A stretch of 21,692 bases of DNA from Promethearchaeota archaeon (GCA_048938025.1 JBHLMP010000058.1:1-21692); one strand, 5' to 3'. Shown: positions 1-9,568, counted from the first letter of the stretch. The notes: generated by a model not told the origin, from the letters alone. Translations and numbers: made by a program.

Positions 1-453
1 AAAGGAAATTTTTATTCTAATTGGTCTGAACGACATATTGCATTCGCAGCTGGGCTTGGAACTTTTAGTTTACATGACGGATTAATAACAGAAGTAGGGT
101 GCAATATTAGGTTAGCTTCTGTTATCACTGATGCTCCCCTTGAAGTAACTCGTAGAAAAAGTGATGATCCATATGCAAATTGCTTATATTATGTTGAGGG
201 TAATCGTAAAGAGTGTGTGGAAAAATGCCCCGCTAAAGCTATAACAGAAAATGGGCATGATAAGATAAAATGTTATAATTATTTGCAGAAAGTAGCTAGG
301 AAAATGATTTCCCGTACTGGGCAAATATTAAAACCCCATATTCGTCGCGTTAATGATAAACTAAGATCACCAGTCTTTCCTGTAGGTTGTGCTCTTTGTC
401 AGTTTGGAGTTCCTTGTATGGATAAAAATCCAATGGCCAGCGAAGAGAAGTAA
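1..453 (+). CDS. QueG/epoxyqueuosine-reductase-like Fe-S protein, 5'-truncated by window edge
   Basis: Frame 1 is open from base 1: KGNFYSNWSERHIAFAAGLGTFSLHDGLITEVGCNIRLASVITD...CLYYVEGNRKECVEKCPA...HDKIKC...GCALCQFGVPC. The SERH-x3-AAGLG motif and ferredoxin-type Cys clusters fit this family. The ORF-track start at 217 is internal. Confidence 0.75.
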   Translation, partial: KGNFYSNWSERHIAFAAGLGTFSLHDGLITEVGCNIRLASVITDAPLEVTRRKSDDPYANCLYYVEGNRKECVEKCPAKAITENGHDKIKCYNYLQKVARKMISRTGQILKPHIRRVNDKLRSPVFPVGCALCQFGVPCMDKNPMASEEK

Positions 454-506
454 TTCTCTAATTTTTAATTCAAAAAATTAAAATTTAAGAGTATTAATAA
501 TTAAAA

Positions 507-2174
507 ATGATATCAGAAAAAAAAAATTTAGATCCAAATAAGGCTTATGAACGGGCTTTATATCTTGCTTGTGGTTATTCTTATGAAGATTTAGCAAAAC
601 CTCGAATAGCTATAGTAAATTCATGGAATGAAATTAATCCCGGTCATATTCATTTAAGAAAACTAAGTCAATTTGTTAAAGAGGGTGTTAAGGAAGCGGG
701 TGGCACTCCAATGGAATTTAATACAATCGCTTCTTGTGATGGAATTGCTAATTCTGGTAATTTTTCAAAATATATTTTACCCTCAAGAGAAGTAATTGCT
801 GCATCTATTGAATGTACAATAAAAGCGTATAACTTTGATGGTATGGTAATGCTATGTTCTTGCGATAAAATAATTCCAGGAATGCTATTAGCCACTGCTA
901 GATGTAATATCCCTACAATTTTCTTAACTGGAGGAATTATGAAAGCAAAAACATTTGAGAATGGTCCTCTTAAAGGAAAAACCTATGTAACATCGGATAT
1001 TAAGGAAGCGATTGGTGAATACAAAATAGGCAAATTAACTAAAGAAGAATTTTTTTTAATTGAATCACAAACATGCTTTTCACCTGGAGCTTGTAACATG
1101 TTGGGAACAGCAAATACAATGGCATGTATAGTGGAAGCTATGGGATTATCATTACCAGGTTGTGCTACAATGGAAGCTGTTAGTAAAGAAAAAGAAGATC
1201 TTAGTAAAGATACAGGAAAAAAAATAATGAGTTTAGTTGAAAATAACATAAAAGCTTTAGATGTTATTACTCACTCCTCCATTGAAAACGGAATTAAGGT
1301 CGCATTATCCTTTGGTGGTTCAACTAATATGATTCTCCATATGTGTGCCTTATCCCATGAACTTGGTGGAAATTTAGATCATTTTGATTTTGATAGATTG
1401 AGTAAATCGATACCGTTATTAGCAAAATTCAAACCTGCATCTGAATATAATCTTACTGAATTTCATGAAGCCGGTGGTGTTCAAGTATTAATGAAAAAAT
1501 TATCTAATCTTTTAGATATATCAACTAAAACTGTATTAAATTTACCCTTAAATGAAGCACTCGAAAATATTAAGATAAATGATTTTCAAATAATTCGAAA
1601 TTTAGATGATCCAATAGAAAAAGAAGGTGGTATTGCTGTATTAAAAGGAAATTTGGCCCCAGAAGGAGCAGTTGTGAAACAGAGTGCTATAAGCCCAAAA
1701 ATGAGATATCATAAAGGAGCAGCTAAAGTATTTGAATGTGAAGAAGATGTAAAAAATGCACTAATGTCAAATAAAGTACAAGAGGGGGATGTATTAGTTA
1801 TTAGATATGAAGGTCCTAAAGGATCTCCAGGAATGAGGGAATTATCTATATCTGCAGCAATCCTTATAGGTATGGGATTAGGTGATTCTGTAGCAATGAT
1901 AACAGATGGACGCTATTCGGGAGCAACAAGAGGACCTTGTATTGGTCATATTTGTCCTGAAGCAATTGATGGAGGTCCTATAGCAATTGTACAAGATGGA
2001 GATATTATCGAAATCGATATTAATGATCGAAAATTGAATTTATTAATTCCAGAGAAAGAAATAGAGCAGAGATTAAGAAATTGGATTAAACCAGAGCCAA
2101 GAATTACTACTGGTTATTTAAATGCATATAGAAAAAATGTAAGTTCTGCTAAAGTTGGAGCATATATAAAATAA
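507..2174 (+). CDS. ilvD: Dihydroxy-acid dehydratase (IlvD/Edd family)
   Basis: 555 aa with [65 protein letters not shown] and [11 protein letters not shown] motifs. Confidence 0.92.
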   Translation: MISEKKNLDPNKAYERALYLACGYSYEDLAKPRIAIVNSWNEINPGHIHLRKLSQFVKEGVKEAGGTPMEFNTIASCDGIANSGNFSKYILPSREVIAASIECTIKAYNFDGMVMLCSCDKIIPGMLLATARCNIPTIFLTGGIMKAKTFENGPLKGKTYVTSDIKEAIGEYKIGKLTKEEFFLIESQTCFSPGACNMLGTANTMACIVEAMGLSLPGCATMEAVSKEKEDLSKDTGKKIMSLVENNIKALDVITHSSIENGIKVALSFGGSTNMILHMCALSHELGGNLDHFDFDRLSKSIPLLAKFKPASEYNLTEFHEAGGVQVLMKKLSNLLDISTKTVLNLPLNEALENIKINDFQIIRNLDDPIEKEGGIAVLKGNLAPEGAVVKQSAISPKMRYHKGAAKVFECEEDVKNALMSNKVQEGDVLVIRYEGPKGSPGMRELSISAAILIGMGLGDSVAMITDGRYSGATRGPCIGHICPEAIDGGPIAIVQDGDIIEIDINDRKLNLLIPEKEIEQRLRNWIKPEPRITTGYLNAYRKNVSSAKVGAYIK

Positions 2175-2180
2175 AAATAA

Positions 2181-3347
2181 ATGTGTTTTTTCAAAATGAT
2201 TGAAGAAAGGTGTATAAGAGAGAATTTATCAGCTTTTTCTTTTCCAAGATTATCTGGGACTGAATTCGAGAAAAAAAGTTTTAGTTTAGCTAAACAAAAG
2301 ATTGAAGATTTAAATCTTACACCTTCAGTTCAAAAATTTTCCTTCAGTACGTTTTACTCGAGAATTTATCCTAAATTTGGTTTAATTTTACTATTTTGGC
2401 TTCATTTTACTTTATTTTTCAATATCTATTGGGTTTTTAGATTGTTAAGTCTAATTTTAACCTTAATCATGCTTCTGGTATTGACTTTTATAACAAGAAA
2501 TCCAGAAAAAATACAATTTGGAAAGACACTTGATTCTCAAAATTTATATATAAAATTACCCTCGAAATCTATTAATTCTGATAAGAATATTCTACTTTTT
2601 TCTCACTTAGATTCAAAAGGACAAATATTATCTATAAAATTTAGAATACAATCATACTTTATTTGGATCTTTTCTTTTATTTTTGGGATTTTAATTATTA
2701 CAGTTAATTCTTTCCTCTTTGTGGGGTCATTCTTATGGCTTTTTATTATAGGAGCGATAATGTTAGGGATAAATTTTATCTCCACAATTATTATTACAAT
2801 TAACTCTACAAATAATAAATCTAAGGGAGCTATAGATAACGCATCAGGAGTTTCTTGTGTATTAGAATTGTTAAGATATTATTCAAGTCCAGAATTCAGA
2901 TTAGATAATCTTAACTTATGGTTTGTCTTTACAGGAGCAGAAGAATCTGGGACTATGGGTGTAAGAAATTTTTATAATAATATTAAATATTTTGATAGAG
3001 ATAAGACTTTCACAATCAACTTTGATTCTATCGCTAAAAAAGTAAATCTATGGGATCATGGTCTCCTTAATAATAAAAATTATAAATCTTTTAATTATAT
3101 TTTAGAAAATAAAGGTATAATGAGTTTAGAGAAGAAAACACATAGATTTTACATTGGAACATATAGTGATGGATTATTTCTATTAAATAAGAGATTTAAA
3201 GGACTTGGTAATGGAGATAAAAGTACTTATAATTATATTCATTCTGAAAAGGATGATCTCGATAAAATTGATATAACAGTTTTAAAGAAACTCTGTCAAT
3301 TTTATACAATCCTATTAAATGAAATTGATATTAATTTAAATAAATAA
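2181..3347 (+). CDS. M28-family zinc peptidase with internal transmembrane segments (paralog 1); start may be ATG 2196
   Basis: SFPRLSGT N-terminus, SHLDSK, GAIDNASG, GAEESG, NFDS and C-terminal IHSEKDD metal motifs. Two hydrophobic double-helix stretches are inserted in the domain. Confidence 0.8.
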   Translation: MCFFKMIEERCIRENLSAFSFPRLSGTEFEKKSFSLAKQKIEDLNLTPSVQKFSFSTFYSRIYPKFGLILLFWLHFTLFFNIYWVFRLLSLILTLIMLLVLTFITRNPEKIQFGKTLDSQNLYIKLPSKSINSDKNILLFSHLDSKGQILSIKFRIQSYFIWIFSFIFGILIITVNSFLFVGSFLWLFIIGAIMLGINFISTIIITINSTNNKSKGAIDNASGVSCVLELLRYYSSPEFRLDNLNLWFVFTGAEESGTMGVRNFYNNIKYFDRDKTFTINFDSIAKKVNLWDHGLLNNKNYKSFNYILENKGIMSLEKKTHRFYIGTYSDGLFLLNKRFKGLGNGDKSTYNYIHSEKDDLDKIDITVLKKLCQFYTILLNEIDINLNK

Positions 3348-3360
3348 AATTGAGTGCTGA

Positions 3361-4908
3361 TTAGTAATCAAGTTTAATAATAAGGATTTAGGAATAGTTG
3401 TTACTCCCCCTCAAACAGTAGAATATATTATATCAAGATTAGGAAAAATTCAAGAAGAAGACAAAATTCTAGACCCTTGCGTAGGACCTGGCATTTTTAT
3501 AAAGAAATTATTAGAATCTGGAATTACTAAAAATCAAATATTTGCTTATGATATAAATTCGAGTTTTAAAGGTGAATTAAAAGAATTAGGCGTTTCCTTC
3601 AAGGAACAAGATACACTTCTAGCACTATATCCTGAGTCTTATAATGAATTTGATTTTATTGTGGGAAATCCACCATATCTAAACAAGGCAAGTACCTATG
3701 TTCGTACAAATAAAGTAAAACTGAGAAAAATTTATGGAAAAATAAACGCTCATGAAACATATGCTATGTTTATTGTTAATAGTATTTGGCGTTTAAAAGA
3801 AGGAGGAAAATTAGGCTTTATCACTAGTGATTCATTTCTAACTTTAAGTACTCATAGAAAGTTAAGAAAGTTCATACTTGATAATTGTATCATAAATGAA
3901 ATCCTACTAGCCCCAAAATATTTATTTTCTAATCAAAAAGTGAGTATAAATCCAGCAATACTAATTCTAACAAAATATCCAGGAAAAAAATTTAAAAAAA
4001 ATAGACAAGAAAATCTAATGAGAATTATACCAAGAGTAAATAATGAACAAGAATATTTAAAACCTAAAAATGCAAGAGAAATAAAGCAAGTAAATTATAA
4101 CTCATTGCCCTTTAACATATTTTTTATAGATGTTGATGATCAAATAATTGAGTTATTCGAAAAAGCACCAAGATTAAAGAATTTTGTTAAAGGTTATATT
4201 GGAATGCACACTCATGATAATAGAAAATACATTGCTGCTATTGAGAATACTGAATTAGCAAATATTTTTAGAAGACGGAATAAAAAAATTATAAATCAAG
4301 AAAATAAATATAAAGTTATTTCACAAGATTCTTTAAAATCTAAAGATTGGAAACCCTATCTGAAACGCGGTGGTTCAGATCAATATTTTAGAGCAATAAT
4401 GGAAGCTTTAGATTGGAATGCTGATTCGATTAGTCAGTACGATATTCCCATAAATGTTTCCTTTGAAAAAGAAGGAATAGTTATTAGCGGTATTAGTTCA
4501 AGATTAGCTGCTCGCTACATGCCCGAAGGATGCTATTGGGATTCTAATAAAGCTATAGGATTTTATATAATCGATAATTCCATCTCTATAGAATATATCT
4601 TAGGATTATTAAATAGCTCCCTTTATAATTATCTTATGAAAGGGGTTATTAATAACACAAATAGTATACAAATATCTGGAATACACGCATTACCTTTTAT
4701 TATTCCGGACAACGATGTTAGAGAAAAAGTAGAAAAATTAGTTAAAAAGATAATTAAAAATAAAAAACAAGACTTAAACTATGATTATATTATAGAACAA
4801 AAAGAAATAGATGAAATCATTTTTAATTTCTATAAAAATAAATTTAATTTATTGGATCAATTAAAAAATAAATTAGACAATGAATACTCAATTTATAAAA
4901 AAAATTGA
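3361..4908 (+). CDS. N6-adenine DNA methyltransferase (TaqI/Eco57I-like gamma class) with C-terminal target-recognition domain; start codon unresolved
   Basis: The frame is open from 3361, 100 codons upstream of the track's GTG. It encodes motif X GIVVTPP (from 3391), motif I LDPCVGPGIF (3469-3498), AYDIN, FDFIVGNPPY (motif IV), LKEGGKLGFIT and a TaqI-C-like YILGLLNSSL tail. Confidence 0.85.
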   Translation, partial: LVIKFNNKDLGIVVTPPQTVEYIISRLGKIQEEDKILDPCVGPGIFIKKLLESGITKNQIFAYDINSSFKGELKELGVSFKEQDTLLALYPESYNEFDFIVGNPPYLNKASTYVRTNKVKLRKIYGKINAHETYAMFIVNSIWRLKEGGKLGFITSDSFLTLSTHRKLRKFILDNCIINEILLAPKYLFSNQKVSINPAILILTKYPGKKFKKNRQENLMRIIPRVNNEQEYLKPKNAREIKQVNYNSLPFNIFFIDVDDQIIELFEKAPRLKNFVKGYIGMHTHDNRKYIAAIENTELANIFRRRNKKIINQENKYKVISQDSLKSKDWKPYLKRGGSDQYFRAIMEALDWNADSISQYDIPINVSFEKEGIVISGISSRLAARYMPEGCYWDSNKAIGFYIIDNSISIEYILGLLNSSLYNYLMKGVINNTNSIQISGIHALPFIIPDNDVREKVEKLVKKIIKNKKQDLNYDYIIEQKEIDEIIFNFYKNKFNLLDQLKNKLDNEYSIYKKN

Positions 4909-4921
4909 AAGAAATATAATT

Positions 4922-5134
4922 TTATCGATTTTTTACTTTTGAATTAGTATTAGCATATAATTTTTTGGTTTCTATGGCAAATTTTGCTTCTTTTCCTAGT
5001 ACAAATCCAAAAATAATACCTAAGCTTGAAGCAAGTATTAGTAAAAAATAACTACCGGTAGTAATAAACCAGTAAATCCCAAAAATTAAACCCAAACTAG
5101 ATAATAAAAATATTATTAAAGTCTTTATGATCAA
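4922..5134 (-). CDS. Small hypothetical membrane protein (two predicted TM helices)
   Basis: 70-aa ORF with two hydrophobic segments and a basic tail. The TTG start is preceded by a GGTGA ribosome-binding site on the minus strand. Confidence 0.55.
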   Translation of the reverse strand: MIIKTLIIFLLSSLGLIFGIYWFITTGSYFLLILASSLGIIFGFVLGKEAKFAIETKKLYANTNSKVKNR

Positions 5135-5313
5135 GATCTTTCACCGCAAATATATTTAAAAAGTATAAATAAATAGGATTTATCAAGGTTTTTCTAATAC
5201 AACATAGACTCTCGTAAATTTCACTTTTAAATTTAAAGAAAAAGGAATAATATAATTATTTAAAAAAATAAAGAATATTATTATAATAGAAATTATTGAA
5301 AGGAGGTTTAATC

Positions 5314-5526
5314 TTACTAATAGTACATATAAATGTTTGGAAAGGTTTTGGAGAAGAAAGAGTAAAGACTTTAATTGAAAAGATTACCCAATGTTTCGTA
5401 GATCTAGGTGTCCTTCAACATGCTGTAGAAGTAATTGTCTACAAGATTCCAAGAACACACTGGGATGTCGGCGGAGAGCGAGCTTCTGTAAAATTCAAGG
5501 ACCAATATTTAACAGAGGCTCAATAA
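5314..5526 (+). pseudogene. 4-oxalocrotonate tautomerase-family gene, probably decayed
   Basis: IVHINVWKG...LIEKITQCF...AVEVIVYKIPRTHWDVGG matches the 4-OT pattern. After the GGAGGT site (5302-5307) the expected start-Pro codons read TTA CTA (Leu-Leu). The track's TTG at 5296 lies upstream of the ribosome-binding site. Confidence 0.65.
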
Positions 5527-5547
5527 ATAAAAAAATAAGAGTGATTT

Positions 5548-7365
5548 TTAAAGCTTCTCGTCTTTAATCTCTTCCTCATACTTTTTTCTTCGCTCAGTTA
5601 AGTATTCTGGAATAGTCACATCCCAAAATCCAACTGTTGGACTCCCAGTATAAGGAAAAGTGCGATTTACCAAGATTTCTATTACTGCAGGTCTCTCTGA
5701 AGCAACAGCTCTTTCAAGTGCGGGAATTATCTCTTCTTTTCTAGAAATTCTTTCAGAATAACAACCAAACGCTTCACCGATTTTAGCAAAATGAGGTGAA
5801 TAGGGATTGCCTTCTTTATCATAAAAGGCTGTGCCATAACTTCGATCTTCTCCAAAAGCAGTTTGTTGCAAGTCCTTAATGGCAATCCAGCCATAATTAT
5901 TTAAGAGTATAAAGAATATATTATTTAATCCTAGTTGAACAGCCACAGATAATTCTGAAAGAGTCATCATAAAGTCTCCATCTCCAACAAGTGCTACAAC
6001 CTGGCGATTAGGCTTACCTATATCTATAGAACCTAATTTTGCTCCAATCGCTGCAGGGACGCTATATCCCATAGTTGAGAAACCACCAGCTGTTAGACAA
6101 GTTCTAGGCTCATAAAATTCAAGTTCTTGGAGCATTTGAGCTTGCACATTTCCCGAGCTAGTGACTATAACAGCATCTCTGTTAAAGAATTTTCTAATTT
6201 CTTTGAAAACTGTGGAAATCATTACAGGTACTTTAGTATCATCCCGATATTTATTAAGGAACTCAAACCATTTCTTCTTCTCTTCTTGAATCTCTTCAAA
6301 ATAGTCTGTATTCTCATAATCTTTTTTATAATCTTTTAATTCATCAATAATTTGCCTTAAACAAGCTTTTGCATCCCCAATTATTCCAACTTCAACAGGA
6401 TAATTTTTCCCTATTTCATGAGGATCAATATCAATCTGAATAAGTCTTGTAGGGGGAATAGAGAAACTCGCACCTTTCTTATAAGAACTTGCTGTTTGAT
6501 CTGCAAACCGACATCCAACAGCAACCAGAATATCAGCGGAAGAAGTCATCTTTAGTCCAACTGTAGTTCCTTTACTTCCAGTACTCCAAGCAAATAGTGG
6601 GTTGTCATTGGGAAATGCTGATTTTGCCATCATAGTGACGACCACAGCAGTACCAATTTTCTCTGCTAACTCTTTGACTTCTTGATATGCCTCAGATGTC
6701 ACAACTCCACCACCTAACATTAATACTGGTCTTTTTGCATTTTTAATTAGTTGTGCAGCTTTCTTTATTAACTCAGGATCGCCTTGTATGCGTCCAATGG
6801 ATCTTCTTTCCTGTGGGTCCGGAATTTCTACTTCGATGGAATTTGCCTGTACATCCATGGGAAGGTCTATCACCACAGGTCCTCTACGTCCTGACAACAT
6901 TTGATTAAATGCTCGTTGCATTATTGTTGGTAATTGTCCCACAGAACTGACTTGCCAGCTTCTTTTTACGATAGGTTCTAAAATTCTTGGCATATCTGAA
7001 TCTCTTTTGCGTTCAATTTCTTGTAAAACACCTTTTCCTCTCATATGAACGTGTGTATCCCCTGTGATGACTAAAACAGGCATACTATCAACAAATGCGT
7101 CAGCTAATCCTATTGCTGTATTTAGAGCTCCTGGACCGATTGAGGTAAATACACAAAGTGGTCTATTGGCGATTCTAAAATAACCTATTGATAAATGTAC
7201 AGCACTCATTTCCTGCTTGGGCTGAATTATTTGAATTTTATCCTTATCCTTGAAGAAAGCATCTACAAGGGGAAGATTTCCGTGACCAGGAATCCCAATC
7301 ACATATTTCACTCCTTCTTTTATTAAATATTTGGAGATTATTTCTCCACCAGTATATTTAGACAT
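5548..7365 (-). CDS. Thiamine-diphosphate-dependent enzyme (acetolactate synthase large subunit / IolD superfamily)
   Basis: 605 aa with GIPGHGN, TSIGPGALN, GRRGPVVIDLPMDVQ, QIDIDPHEIGKNY and the TPP motif GDGDF...LNNYGW. Confidence 0.85.
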   Translation of the reverse strand: MSKYTGGEIISKYLIKEGVKYVIGIPGHGNLPLVDAFFKDKDKIQIIQPKQEMSAVHLSIGYFRIANRPLCVFTSIGPGALNTAIGLADAFVDSMPVLVITGDTHVHMRGKGVLQEIERKRDSDMPRILEPIVKRSWQVSSVGQLPTIMQRAFNQMLSGRRGPVVIDLPMDVQANSIEVEIPDPQERRSIGRIQGDPELIKKAAQLIKNAKRPVLMLGGGVVTSEAYQEVKELAEKIGTAVVVTMMAKSAFPNDNPLFAWSTGSKGTTVGLKMTSSADILVAVGCRFADQTASSYKKGASFSIPPTRLIQIDIDPHEIGKNYPVEVGIIGDAKACLRQIIDELKDYKKDYENTDYFEEIQEEKKKWFEFLNKYRDDTKVPVMISTVFKEIRKFFNRDAVIVTSSGNVQAQMLQELEFYEPRTCLTAGGFSTMGYSVPAAIGAKLGSIDIGKPNRQVVALVGDGDFMMTLSELSVAVQLGLNNIFFILLNNYGWIAIKDLQQTAFGEDRSYGTAFYDKEGNPYSPHFAKIGEAFGCYSERISRKEEIIPALERAVASERPAVIEILVNRTFPYTGSPTVGFWDVTIPEYLTERRKKYEEEIKDEKL

Positions 7366-7530
7366 TTTAAATTCTAATTGATTAATAAGTCTTTATTAAA
7401 TATAATTTGATAAACTAAGAATTGATTTAAGTTTGTTTATCATTTAGACTGTTTATTTTTTTAATGATTAAAATTATTTTGAAAATTCAATAATCCCTCT
7501 CTTTTTATAAATTAAATATCAAGATTTTAA

Positions 7531-7552
7531 TTTATATACCATGTTTTGGTAT
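7531..7552 (+). promoter_or_regulatory. Putative TATA box with overlapping palindromic operator ATACCA-N5-TGGTAT
   Basis: TTTATATA at 7531-7538, 32-39 nt before the ATG at 7570. Perfect inverted repeat at 7536-7541 / 7547-7552. Confidence 0.45.
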
Positions 7553-7569
7553 GTTATTCAATATAGCTG

Positions 7570-8904
7570 ATGGATAAAGTGCCGTCTACTTTAGAAAAGA
7601 TTCGTATCTTAGGAGAAAATTCCAAATATGATATTTGTGCCAGTACTGCTTCCAGTCGTACCGATAAATATCCAAAACTTTTTGGAGATTCAAAAAAATG
7701 GATTGGAGCAACAGCTAGTGCCGGAATTTGCCATAGTTATACCCCTGATGGTCGATGCGCAAGTCTTTTCAAAACCCTGTACACTAACAAATGTATCTAC
7801 AATTGTAAGTACTGTTTTTCTCATAGTTGTAAGCAAAAGATGAGTTTTACACCCAAAGAATATGCTCGTACATTTATGAAACTATATTCGATGAATGTAG
7901 CAGAAGGTATATTTATTTCATCTGGGATATGTGGTAGTGCCGATGAAACAACTGAAGAAATGTTGGAAGCAGTTCGACTACTTCGATTCAAATATAACTT
8001 TCGTGGATATGTGCATTTTAAGTGTTTACCTGGTGTGAGTCAATATCTCCTCAAAGAGGCAATATGTTTATCTGATCGTATTTCAATCAATATGGAAGCT
8101 TCCACAAAAGATCATCTCGCAGAAATTGCGGAGCAGAAAGATTTTCACAATGATATTATAACCCGACAGCGCTGGTTAAAACAGATTCGCATCAAACACA
8201 ATGATGAGACTCTTAAATTAATGAGAGATTTGAAGCAAGACAATCAATTACAATACCAAGAAAGGATTATTAAGGATAGGCGAGAGGATGGGTACAAAAA
8301 ATTTCGATGGGATGGTGCTCCAATTCTCAATAGCGGACAAACGACTCAGTTTGTAGTAGGAGCAGCAGAAAATGAGAGTGATTATGATTTACTTAATAGA
8401 ATTGATTGGGGATATCGAGAGATTGATCTAAGGCGTGCTTATTTCTCTTCTTTCATTCCAATCGAAGGAACGCCCTTAGCAAATAAAAAAGCAGCTTCAT
8501 TAGCAAGAGAACATCGATTGTATCAAAGTGATTGGCTATTACGGATATATCATTATAAATTAAAGGATTTGAAAGAGATTCTGACCAAAGAAGGAAATTT
8601 ACCTGAAGGAGATCCAAAAGTTCACTTAGCAAGGCATTACTTTGAAGATCGGGGTCCTGTGGATCCAAATCACGCATCTTACCAAGAATTAATAAGAGTT
8701 CCTGGAATAGGACCTATTTCCGCTAAAAGGATTATAAACTTACGATCTCAAAAATTTGTATTTAAACGCCGACAAGATTTAAAATCTGTTGGTGTAGTAT
8801 TAAAACGGGCTGATCCTTATCTCTTAATAAAGGGACAAAATCAAACAATTCTTCATGATTTTGTTGATATTGATAAGAATAAATTATTACAGAATGAGAA
8901 CTAA
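7570..8904 (+). CDS. Putative DNA modification/repair radical SAM protein with C-terminal helix-hairpin-helix (TIGR03916-like)
   Basis: KYDICAS, GICHSYTPDGRC, CIYNCKYC (CxxxCxxC), GQTTQFVVGA, REHRLYQSDWLLRIY and HhH motif LIRVPGIGPISAKRI. Confidence 0.9.
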   Translation: MDKVPSTLEKIRILGENSKYDICASTASSRTDKYPKLFGDSKKWIGATASAGICHSYTPDGRCASLFKTLYTNKCIYNCKYCFSHSCKQKMSFTPKEYARTFMKLYSMNVAEGIFISSGICGSADETTEEMLEAVRLLRFKYNFRGYVHFKCLPGVSQYLLKEAICLSDRISINMEASTKDHLAEIAEQKDFHNDIITRQRWLKQIRIKHNDETLKLMRDLKQDNQLQYQERIIKDRREDGYKKFRWDGAPILNSGQTTQFVVGAAENESDYDLLNRIDWGYREIDLRRAYFSSFIPIEGTPLANKKAASLAREHRLYQSDWLLRIYHYKLKDLKEILTKEGNLPEGDPKVHLARHYFEDRGPVDPNHASYQELIRVPGIGPISAKRIINLRSQKFVFKRRQDLKSVGVVLKRADPYLLIKGQNQTILHDFVDIDKNKLLQNEN

Positions 8905-9566
8905 TGAGCAGTAGAAAAAAAGATGAGGATCCATTGCAAGTCATAGGGCGTGCTAAAGGGCATTCACGCGAAGAATTGATTTGCAATCTTCCCCGTCATT
9001 GTAAGTTTTCTCCTGTTCTAGTTCAACAGATTAGAAAAATCCCAGAAGTGGTTTTACGGAATTTAGGTACTCCATTCGCTAAGAAAGTAAATCATATGAT
9101 GCGAGAGATTTCTACTGAAGCATATCGTGCGAGACAATTTACAAGGACAGAAATAAATAATCGAGGTGTGATGTTTGGAGTAGTCTTACTTAAACATCGC
9201 GTGATAGATCTTGTTTTACAATATTTTTCTAAAAGATTTCCACAATGCATAATTTGTTTATACAATGAACACAATCATAAAACTACCGTGATCGATGAAA
9301 AAGGAAGAATTAAGGAGTTTGACTCTCCTCTAAAGAGCGTTGTAGAAAAAATTAGTGAAATTCGTCCCATTATTCCATACTTCGATGATATCCAATTTTC
9401 TGGTGAGGAAATCTTCGAAACCCTCTATAGTTCACAATTTATTTCTGAAAGAGAAAACAAAAGATACTTTAAAAGTATGATTCCTAATCAGTGTTTTAAA
9501 TTACCAGGGATGAGAAGTGGGGTAGAGAAACGTTTTCGAAATAGAAAGATTAATGATTATCTTTAA
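8904..9566 (+). CDS. DUF4130 / TIGR03915-like partner of the radical SAM protein
   Basis: Overlapping TAATG junction with the radical SAM gene. EAYRARQFTR, HRVIDLVLQYFSKRFP and FETLYSSQFISERENKRYFKSMIP resemble the DUF4130 pattern as I recall it, and the gene order matches the known pair. Confidence 0.7.
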   Translation: MSSRKKDEDPLQVIGRAKGHSREELICNLPRHCKFSPVLVQQIRKIPEVVLRNLGTPFAKKVNHMMREISTEAYRARQFTRTEINNRGVMFGVVLLKHRVIDLVLQYFSKRFPQCIICLYNEHNHKTTVIDEKGRIKEFDSPLKSVVEKISEIRPIIPYFDDIQFSGEEIFETLYSSQFISERENKRYFKSMIPNQCFKLPGMRSGVEKRFRNRKINDYL

Positions 9567-9568
9567 TT

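Noticed and set aside
668-2785. Short antisense ORFs 668-895, 983-1249 and 2603-2785
   Set aside because: They lie wholly opposite well-supported genes and carry no recognisable motifs.
3355-3360. TGC TGA as a selenocysteine or readthrough site ahead of the methyltransferase
   Set aside because: There is no start codon between it and the upstream in-frame TAA at 3337, and the family is not known as a selenoprotein.
3350-3377. A second BHB intron around the TGATTAGTAATCA hairpin that might fix the methyltransferase start
   Set aside because: A 20-nt excision would give the right frame, but the required central helix (TGAG with AGTT) does not pair.
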